In this document: in pieces, positions 38,274 to 45,391 of the stretch
How the letters are laid out: each line of letters begins with the position of its first letter
Numbering within the stretch: the stretch's first letter is position 1
DNA from: Sedimentisphaerales bacterium
Lineage (GTDB): Bacteria > Planctomycetota > Phycisphaerae > Sedimentisphaerales > SM23-30
Reading direction: 5' to 3'
Assembly: GCA_963662515.1 (NCBI GenBank)
Contig: OY759675.1
Coordinates: 2,185,981-2,249,980, forward strand
Length of the DNA stretch: 64,000 nucleotides
Notes under the pieces: model-generated
Told to the model about the DNA's origin: nothing
The model's input: only the letters and a program-made list of their open reading frames with translations
Database searches by the model: none
Program-made: the position numbers and the translations under genes

Positions 38274-39963
38274 AGCTTTAAGAACCGGCTGAAGGGCTTG
38301 TTGCCCTGAGTGTTTTTTGGCGGGGTTTATTGTATTGTTTTTGTATATTCTGTTTTCAGTTGAATTTTATCTGGAATAATCGGAATTTGGCTCAGGATGA
38401 GGTTTGGGAAGTCGGATTACGCAATAAGTGCAAAAGCTGAGCTAAAATCAGGGTTGAAATCGCGGCTAAAACGGAATTAGCTGCTGTTTGAGCCTTTTTC
38501 ACTCCGGCCAGCGTGATCAGCTTACGCACATTCTGCACTGCTGCTATCAGAAGGTTCTGGATCTCTGCTTTTATCAGAGTTCGCCACCGGCATCTTTTCA
38601 GACCGTGATTGTTTGCGCCATCAGCAAAACTGCCCTCGCTGCGGGCCATTCGCTTTTGTCTCAGACTGCATCTTTCTGCAGAAGTAAAACAACCATCCGC
38701 CCAACGCGAATATTCCATATCAAGCTGCTCGCTTATCTGCCGGCCGCTGCTCTTACTCTTTACACATTCACTGAAATACTGACATTGTTCACATACCTTA
38801 CGATCAGCCTCATAGGCATAGTGCTTGCCATGACTACTGCCTTTTATCCCAGTAAATTCCAGCTTCTCTCCCGCAGGACATATATAACAATTGCGTACTT
38901 CATCATAAACAAATCGGTCTTTCTGAAATTCCCGGCTCTGGCCGCTCGAATGATATCTCGCATGATCAATGCAGGGCATAGCTCCTTTATCCTGCAAATA
39001 TCTGTAATTGTCCAGCGTACCATAAGCCTTATCCGCAACTACTGTCTCAACGGCTTTATGTGTATTTGATTCGTGAGTCTCGATCGCCTGCTCTAATACT
39101 TTGCCATCATTCACATTGGCCGGTGTTGTCACGGTAGCAGTTATAATTCCATGAGCATCATCCACCACCCGATGGTCTTTATATCCCAGCGTGGTTTTGC
39201 CATTCTTTGTGGCTAAACGGGCATCCGGATCACTTTGGCTGGCCCGCTGACAAAGCTCGGCATCGGCAGGCTTAACCTCGGTTTGCGACTTGCTGTTATC
39301 TTCCACTTTGTCCTGATCATCAAGCTGCTCATAGAGCCTGTCGCTGAGCTGATGTATTTGCGGACGCAAATGGTCCTTACTGGCATCAGCCGTTATCGTG
39401 GTAGAATCAATATGAATTATCTCGCCATCAACCAGACCGGCTTCTATGCACTGATCAAGCACTATCTGAAAGAACTCGGCAAATACTTCCCGGCCCCAAC
39501 GCTTGCGGGCCTTGGACAAGACACTGTGGTCAGGGGTCTCATCATCAAGATCATAATCACAGAACCACAGCCAGTCCATACGCAAAGGCAACTGAGCGGC
39601 AAGCTGTCTTTCAGATTTGACATTCTCCAGAAATAACAGAAAGATCAACTTCATGATCACAGCCGGATCGATCGAAGTATTACCCCTGGCTCCATAAAGC
39701 CCGGCTACACGCTTACGCACAAAAGAAAAGTCTATGGCCTTTTTGATCTTACGCAAAGGATGATCCGCCGGAACCTTCTGCTCCAGAGAAATCCCATAAA
39801 ACAACTTCGGCTTAATGTCCTTGGCTTTGCCCATCATAATAAATATATCTCCTGTTATTCAGACAGATATATTTTAAACATTATCAAAACAGATACAATT
39901 AATAAGTTCATGTTTTAATAAATATTTGGGCAACACGCCCTGAAGCCCGGTACTCTTAAAGCT
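38274..39963 (-). mobile_element. IS1182-family-like insertion sequence (~1.7 kb) with imperfect ~35-bp terminal inverted repeats
   Basis: The left IR AGCTTTAAGAACCGGCTGAAGGGCTTGTTGCCC (38274-38306) matches the reverse complement of the right IR GGGCAACACGCCCTGAAGCCCGGTACTCTTAAAGCT (39928-39963). It encloses a single transposase ORF. The exact ends and target duplication are uncertain. Confidence 0.75.
38392..39837 (-). CDS. IS1182/IS5-superfamily DDE transposase
   Basis: The N-terminal DUF772-type region reads 'HPLRKIKKAIDFSF...SIDPAVIMKLIFLLFLENVKSERQL...DWLWFCDY'. The DDE region has 'IHIDSTTITADAS' and 'VVADKAYGT'. The 481-aa length fits IS1182-family enzymes. Confidence 0.88.
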   Translation of the reverse strand: MMGKAKDIKPKLFYGISLEQKVPADHPLRKIKKAIDFSFVRKRVAGLYGARGNTSIDPAVIMKLIFLLFLENVKSERQLAAQLPLRMDWLWFCDYDLDDETPDHSVLSKARKRWGREVFAEFFQIVLDQCIEAGLVDGEIIHIDSTTITADASKDHLRPQIHQLSDRLYEQLDDQDKVEDNSKSQTEVKPADAELCQRASQSDPDARLATKNGKTTLGYKDHRVVDDAHGIITATVTTPANVNDGKVLEQAIETHESNTHKAVETVVADKAYGTLDNYRYLQDKGAMPCIDHARYHSSGQSREFQKDRFVYDEVRNCYICPAGEKLEFTGIKGSSHGKHYAYEADRKVCEQCQYFSECVKSKSSGRQISEQLDMEYSRWADGCFTSAERCSLRQKRMARSEGSFADGANNHGLKRCRWRTLIKAEIQNLLIAAVQNVRKLITLAGVKKAQTAANSVLAAISTLILAQLLHLLRNPTSQTSS

Positions 39964-40101
39964 CACTTCGTTCGCGTTTTATTATCTCACACCACCAGCC
40001 CAATCTCAACTGTCGCTTCGCAAATCTCGCCCGCGTGAGCGTAAGGACCTGAAGCCCGGTACTCTTAAAGCTCACTTCGTTCGCATTTTATTATCTCACA
40101 C
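39939..40101. repeat. Direct duplication of a 54-bp segment comprising the outer half of the IS right end plus adjacent sequence
   Basis: CCTGAAGCCCGGTACTCTTAAAGCTCACTTCGTTCGC(G/A)TTTTATTATCTCACAC occurs at 39939-39992 and again at 40048-40101. Confidence 0.85.
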
Positions 40102-40236
40102 TTTTCAGTCAAACACACCTGATGCCACCGGTTGCAACAGTCACAACTCCAACCATGATAATTCATCGCCAGCGGCGATGACCCACCCCATAGCAACTAT
40201 TCAATTTTCCCCCGCTGCTGTCAGCAGCAGCGGACC

Positions 40237-40285
40237 CGCCCGTGCGGTCCCGAAGCGAGTTCGGGATAAACTCCAGCGACAATGG
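40237..40285. repeat. REP-like unit in inverted orientation, with a near copy at 40908-40950
   Basis: GCCCGTGCGGTCCCGAAGCGAGTTCGGGATAAACTCCAGC compares with TCGCCCGTGCGGTCCCGAAGCAAGTTCAGGATAAACTCCAGC. The core is the reverse complement of ATCCCGAACTCGCTTCGGG. Confidence 0.7.
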
Positions 40286-40576
40286 TTTTTTCGGGGTTTT
40301 TGAGCTTGGGGTTAATTTTTTTCTGGCGGTTCGATCTTTTTTGGTCGGCCCGCTAAAAGCGATCTGTCGGCCCAGTTTGAGCAAATATTTACTTTTCAAA
40401 GAATTAGCGCTATCGCTGTTTTCTGCCGGTACTACCATTTAATTACTGCTGATAATCTGATAAAATCCGGCTGAGAAATTTATCGGAACCTGCACTGGCA
40501 GGCCAGGCCCCATAACTGCGGCGAAATACAAATGGTGGCTCCAAAATAAAAAAATCTTTTCAAAAACCAAGTCATA

Positions 40577-40805
40577 CTTTTAATTAAATCAACTTGCTTT
40601 TTAATTTCCGCATTTATTTTTTTAATTTCCACAACTATTTTTTTAATTAAATCGATCGTACTTTTAATTAAATCACTTGTCTTTTTAATTAAATCGATCG
40701 CACTTTTAATTAAATCACTTGTCTTTTTAATTAAATCGATCGTACTTTTAATTAAATTGCTTATCTTTTTAATTAAATCGATCATCTTTTTAATTAATTT
40801 GGTTT
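40577..40805. repeat. Tandem array of about 11 direct ~21-bp repeats, each containing the palindrome TTTAATTAAA
   Basis: The units are CTTTT(T)AATTAAATC followed alternately by GATCG(T/C)A or ACTTGT, which gives a 42-bp higher-order period. The outer units are degenerate. Confidence 0.88.
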
Positions 40806-40818
40806 GCTTTTATTTATT

Positions 40819-41135
40819 TAAACCACAGAGTCACAAAGTTTTTTTTAACCACGAAGCACACGAAAAACACGAAATTTAAATTAATAAAACCAGATGCCAC
40901 GGCAAGTTTCGCCCGTGCGGTCCCGAAGCAAGTTCAGGATAAACTCCAGCACTGTGATTCGTGGTTAAAGAATATTTTTTACCATGAAGTTCATGAAGAT
41001 ATTGAAGAAATTCAATTAACACTTCACTTACTCCACTAACTCCACGGTTCAAAATAGTTTTTGTTTTTTAAACCACAGAGGTCACAGAGGTCACAGAGTT
41101 TTTTTTAACCATGAAGTTCATGAAGATATTGAAGT
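40819..41135. repeat. Dispersed short repeats (AAACCACAGAG..TCACA.AGTTTTTTTTAACCA(C/T)GAAG and ACCATGAAGTTCATGAAGATATTGAAG)
   Basis: The first motif is at ~40819-40858 and ~41069-41115. The second is at ~40981-41007 and ~41109-41135. Confidence 0.7.
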
Positions 41136-41140
41136 TTTTT

Positions 41141-41297
41141 TGTAAGAGTTCAGCGTTTACGCTGTTGAGGTAATCCGAAATCCCGAACTCGCTTCGGGGG
41201 TCCTTACGCCGGACGGGCGAAACATTAGTACTCTTGCCTTTTGCTGGAGCCCTTTACGCTGTTGAGGTACTCCGAAATCCCGAACCTGCTTCGGGAG
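41141..41297. repeat. Two further REP-like palindromic units (copies B and C)
   Basis: Copy B reads TGTAAGAGTTCAGCGTTTACGCTGTTGAGGTAATCCGAAATCCCGAACTCGCTTCGGGGG. Copy C reads CCTTTACGCTGTTGAGGTACTCCGAAATCCCGAACCTGCTTCGGGAG. Confidence 0.7.
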
Positions 41298-41421
41298 ATC
41301 TTTACAGTAGTTTGAGTTGGCCGCGAGTGAAGTTGTTATTATTTTACCTTTCCGAACCCGGCTTGATTAAGTTTTATTTATTTAATTAATCAGTCTCGAG
41401 CGAAGCGAGAATCATGAGCTT

Positions 41422-41463
41422 ATTTCATATTTCTTATTTCTTATTTCTTATTTCTTATTTCTT
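41422..41463. repeat. Heptanucleotide microsatellite (ATTTCTT)n: 5 perfect units plus 1 degenerate unit
   Basis: Read directly: perfect 7-nt periodicity from 41429 to 41463. Confidence 0.9.
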
Positions 41464-41602
41464 TTTTTCAGCCAGAATAACCGGGCGATTACGCCTTTGA
41501 TCTTTATAATAGTTTGAGTTTGTTTCAAGTGAAGTTGTTACTATTTTTCTTTCCGACTTTGGCTTGCTTTTGTTTTTATTGAATTACATATTCCGGATGG
41601 GT

Positions 41603-44233
41603 TTATTGATCTTTGATCATGTCTGCGAGTCTGGCAGTTTCGGGGCAATATGGGTATTGCTGCTGCATTTGCTGTAAGATAAGATCGGCGGGCTCTGGCT
41701 GTTCCAGGGCCAGAAAGGCCTGGGCCCTCAGATAGAGCAGTTGGTGCATAATATTATCAGAAGCAGACAAAGCCATACATCGCCCGGCAATATTAGCCTG
41801 CCGGAGAGATGACCCGGCTGCCTTTAACAGGGCCAGACGGGCGAGATTAAAATCAGGGGTAAACAGCCAGGCAGGCGATTTATTCAGGGCCTCACTGAGC
41901 TCATTAAAGCTCGCCGCAATCATTTTTTGATCAGCCCCCTGAGCTGCCAGCCGGGCCCGGCGCAAAATGGCCGTCAGTTCCTGCTGTCTCATATTCTCAT
42001 CGGCAGGTGAACCGGTGGGCATAGTAAAATAGTCTGATTCGGCCAGTGCTCTGCCGCAGCCCAGATCAATCTCGGCCCGGAGTATCTTGGCAGTGAGAAT
42101 CTGTTTTAAGGACAGATCGCCCTTTAAGCGTTCCAGCTCACGCAGGGCCAGGCCATAATCAGCGGCATGATCGATCAATAATCTGATATAGAGCAGGCGG
42201 GCATCGATAAACCGTTTATCCTTTTCAATATTATCAGAACTGAGCATGGCAGTCAGAAGCTCCAGTGCCTTTGTTGTCTGGTCTGAAGTAATAGCAGAGA
42301 GATACACCGCCAGTTCATAATAAAAGTCCGGATCAGCACCAGTAGCCAGCGAATCTGGGGGCCGGGCACAAATAATATCGGCTGTTGCAGATCGCAGGGG
42401 ATCCATTTCCAGCTCAGTTGCAAGCCTGAATAAGCCTTTAAGGCTGTTAATATCAGCATGGGCCAGAAAGACAGGATCCAGAGCATTATCAAAGAGCTGC
42501 TGATTACGAGGCTCGCATCTGAGCCTGTCAGTATCAATGTCGGCACATACCATCTGTCTGGCAGTAAAGACTGTATTACCGGCCCTGACAGCAGTCAATG
42601 TAACCTCATACAAACCGCGAGCGAGATATACATGTTCGATCTGGGCCCCCTGTGCAATAAGGCCATCGCCCAGCCGCCAGCGATATTCCAACTGGTCAGT
42701 ATCGTAACCGGCAGGCGGTATTACCTGAAAGCCGATCGCAACCAGCGCAGGTGAACCATCGGCAATATCTGCCCGCATATCATCGGTTACCTGCCAGCTG
42801 AACGAACCGCACAGGTCGCTTTTGGCACTCTGAATTGAATCGGGCCGATAGTAACCCCAGCTAAGAAATTCAGGGGCTGTCATAATACGATATACTCCAT
42901 CGGCATAACGCCAGGCACACATAGTGAACTGACTGCCCCATTTATTATAATTCATATACTCGAATTTGTGAATGCCGGGCTCCAGATAGATTTTACCGCT
43001 GTATTGGCAGCGACGACCGGCATGAAAATCATGTTTTCCCGGCCAATGCACAACAAACCGGTCATCAACAAAAACGGTTGAACCCCAGTTTGAAGCCGTG
43101 GCAAAATCATATTCACCGGCCTGATGAATATTGAACCAGCCTTTATAGGTATATAATGCCAGAGAGCTGTTTTGCTGGTTAATGAGCTTATCGCCCGGCC
43201 CGAGCAAGGCGGCAGGATAACTGGCATGAACTGCATCAACCGGCCGGAAATCAACCGGCCGGGCCGCACCAGACCAGGCTTCCATAAAACCCGGATGAGT
43301 ATAGACCTGCTCGATGTTCTGAGTGAGTATTTTAGTTTCAAGCGATAACCCGGCAGGATGCGGCCAGGGGGCAGACTGAGATAATGCAGTATCATCTGCT
43401 GCTGTGAACACATAAGCGTGGTAGTATAATTCACTGCCTGAACTGCTGTCAAAGATGATCCGAAGCGGCTGATGCCGGACATTACTGACAATATGTGCTG
43501 ATACTTCAACTCCGGTGCTGTCGAAAACTTTAACAGCACTAATCGGACCGATAATACCATCTGGCAGATAAAGATCTGCCAGTGAACCCGGCGGGAATTT
43601 GCCCAGCTCAAGAAAGCCGGGAGCAGACCATATAACCTCACTGCCATTATCACCCGAAACCATGGTTAAAAGCTTGAGTTTGCGTACCTCCGGCGCAACA
43701 GCAACATTTATCTCGATCGCTCTGGCATATTTATCGATCTGAGGTGAGACAAATAATCTTTCATTGTCAGCCCAGACCTCAACCCGCACCCGGGCTGCAT
43801 CTGAAGCATTGTCAGCAAGCCCCACCTGGGCGGTAAATCCCCGATAACGGCCATTACAGCGATAGACCGCAATGCCTGTACCTTTTACCGCCATAAAATA
43901 ACTGCGAATCCGGCCATTGAGGGTTTTATACAAGGCTTTACCCGGTTGCGGGCCAAAAGAAAGATTGCCGGTAGAATCAGGATTGACCAGTCTCACATCG
44001 GCCAGATGAATATCAGGAATGACAGACTTATCAGTGTCAGGCCTGAGAGTAAATGCCAGTTGAGCTGAGGGACAATGCCATTGACCGGCACTGACAGCAG
44101 GACCGATGAAACTGATAAGCACTAACAGAAACAGGATCATCAGTTGTGATAGCGAGGTCAGACGCTCTGGGCCAAACATTGTTACAGGCAGGAGCCGGGA
44201 CGAACTGCCAAAGTTGTCAGTTAGTATTTTCAT
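41603..44233 (-). CDS. Membrane-anchored or secreted multidomain protein: NPCBM-like, PA14, PKD and a C-terminal TPR-like helical region
   Basis: It has an N-terminal hydrophobic anchor (LMILFLLVLISFIGPAVSA). The NPCBM-like segment reads 'IAVYRCNGRYRGFTAQVGLADNAS...VRVEVWADNERLFVS'. The PA14-like segment reads 'GWFNIHQAGEYDFATASNWGSTVFVDDRFVV'. The PKD-like segment reads 'YRWRLGDG...HVYLARGLYEVTLTAV'. The C-terminal ~300 aa are Ala/Leu-rich helical repeats. Confidence 0.65.
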   Translation of the reverse strand: MKILTDNFGSSSRLLPVTMFGPERLTSLSQLMILFLLVLISFIGPAVSAGQWHCPSAQLAFTLRPDTDKSVIPDIHLADVRLVNPDSTGNLSFGPQPGKALYKTLNGRIRSYFMAVKGTGIAVYRCNGRYRGFTAQVGLADNASDAARVRVEVWADNERLFVSPQIDKYARAIEINVAVAPEVRKLKLLTMVSGDNGSEVIWSAPGFLELGKFPPGSLADLYLPDGIIGPISAVKVFDSTGVEVSAHIVSNVRHQPLRIIFDSSSGSELYYHAYVFTAADDTALSQSAPWPHPAGLSLETKILTQNIEQVYTHPGFMEAWSGAARPVDFRPVDAVHASYPAALLGPGDKLINQQNSSLALYTYKGWFNIHQAGEYDFATASNWGSTVFVDDRFVVHWPGKHDFHAGRRCQYSGKIYLEPGIHKFEYMNYNKWGSQFTMCAWRYADGVYRIMTAPEFLSWGYYRPDSIQSAKSDLCGSFSWQVTDDMRADIADGSPALVAIGFQVIPPAGYDTDQLEYRWRLGDGLIAQGAQIEHVYLARGLYEVTLTAVRAGNTVFTARQMVCADIDTDRLRCEPRNQQLFDNALDPVFLAHADINSLKGLFRLATELEMDPLRSATADIICARPPDSLATGADPDFYYELAVYLSAITSDQTTKALELLTAMLSSDNIEKDKRFIDARLLYIRLLIDHAADYGLALRELERLKGDLSLKQILTAKILRAEIDLGCGRALAESDYFTMPTGSPADENMRQQELTAILRRARLAAQGADQKMIAASFNELSEALNKSPAWLFTPDFNLARLALLKAAGSSLRQANIAGRCMALSASDNIMHQLLYLRAQAFLALEQPEPADLILQQMQQQYPYCPETARLADMIKDQ

Positions 44234-45149
44234 TTAATTCTCGTATTATACCGCGGGTGAGCAAACCATAACAGGTGTACTCACAATCAGAATAATTATC
44301 ATGCAGACTGCCGCGATAGCCGCCCTCGGGCAATGCCAGAGAATCAAGCCGGATGGCTGTCTGGCGGATCTGATCAGCACTGATACGCGAGCCAAAGCCG
44401 CAATATACCAGAGCGAACAGCCCTACTGCGGTTGATAAAAGGTCGATCTCTGCCCCGGGAGCAACCGCAATACCGCCGGCAGAGTCAAAACAACTAAGCA
44501 GCCAGTCAACGGTATGAGGGGATATTTCAGTTCCGGCTATCTTATACAGGATCATAGCCGCTGCGGTAGTGGGAACCAGCCCTACCGGCATATTTATATC
44601 ATTGACAAATGAACCATCTGGCAATGCCAGTTTTTGCAGAGAATCAACAACTCTGGCGATATTATCAATGTTTATACCAATATCCTGTAAAGCATTTACC
44701 GCCAGAAAGGCCGCATAAGAACTGCCTGATGACTTGCCGCCCTGATCAAGGGCATAACCACCATCGGCAGCGGCAAAGTCAGAAATACGAGCGGCTATTT
44801 TATCACGCAGGGCATTAAAACGGTATTCCAGAGAGAGAAAACCAAAACACCTGCCATAAGAAGCCGCTTCGACCAGATCCATATCTGCCAGTATAGGGTA
44901 TAAGCCCTGAAGATAGCCGCTCAATCGCTCATGAGGTATGGCCGCCCCCACCGCCTGCAGCAATTGCAGACCAAAGACGGTATAATACAGGTCGCTTTTG
45001 CCATTGCGATCAATAAATCCACCATCAGAGGCCATTTGAGAGATGATATATGCCGTAAGCGAACTGCCGGCCGCAAAGCCAGATCCATAACCGCCTGTCA
45101 AATATCGCAATATTGAATCTCGAATGGTCAACTTAATACTCCAGCTCAC
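44217..45149 (-). CDS. Prenyltransferase / squalene-oxidase-repeat (alpha-alpha toroid) protein
   Basis: Aromatic/Gly repeats recur about every 50 aa: 'SDGGFIDRNGKSDLYYTVFGLQLL', 'ADGGYALDQGGKSSGSSYAAFLAVNAL', 'PDGSFVND', 'SAGGIAVAPGAEIDLLSTAVGLFAL' and 'PEGGYRGS...CEYTCYGLL'. No signal peptide is present. Its 3' end overlaps the downstream gene start by 17 nt. Confidence 0.65.
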   Translation of the reverse strand: MSWSIKLTIRDSILRYLTGGYGSGFAAGSSLTAYIISQMASDGGFIDRNGKSDLYYTVFGLQLLQAVGAAIPHERLSGYLQGLYPILADMDLVEAASYGRCFGFLSLEYRFNALRDKIAARISDFAAADGGYALDQGGKSSGSSYAAFLAVNALQDIGINIDNIARVVDSLQKLALPDGSFVNDINMPVGLVPTTAAAMILYKIAGTEISPHTVDWLLSCFDSAGGIAVAPGAEIDLLSTAVGLFALVYCGFGSRISADQIRQTAIRLDSLALPEGGYRGSLHDNYSDCEYTCYGLLTRGIIRELNENTN

Positions 45150-45315
45150 TGCTTTTACGACTTGTACGGATCCGGAAAAGATATACGAATCTTAGTACAA
45201 TACATTTGGTTCACTCCCAAATGAAACGCCAGTCGATAAATAATTGTAACACATCCAATATAAATCTAACAAGTAAAATATAATACTCCTTATAGCAGGA
45301 GTATTATATTATGAA

Positions 45316-45353
45316 CAGGCGGAAAAAGCATTAATAAACACTTTTTCCGCCTG
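45316..45353 (-). terminator. Hairpin downstream of the GH127-like gene; a second hairpin lies at ~45280-45308
   Basis: CAGGCGGAAAAAG pairs with CTTTTTCCGCCTG as a 13-bp stem. The second stem is ATAATACTCCT with AGGAGTATTAT. The U-tract is weak. Confidence 0.5.
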
Positions 45354-45391
45354 CATAGACTTAAATCAGATTTTTCACGATAATAGTATTA

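Noticed and set aside
38112-38309. A 65-aa ORF reading 'FTFYFLLFTFYFLL...'.
   Set aside because: It is a translation artefact of the (ACTTTTT)n microsatellite.
40480-40785. A 101-aa ORF with the repeat 'IDLIKKTSDLIKS', considered as a real gene.
   Set aside because: It is produced by reading through the 21-bp DNA repeat array. It has no Shine-Dalgarno sequence, its C-terminal tail is nonsense-like, and it sits in a repeat-rich area. It is kept only as an alternative hypothesis in the findings.
40577-40805. A possible CRISPR array.
   Set aside because: The repeats are contiguous 21-bp units with no unique spacers of regular length, and no cas genes are anywhere in the window.
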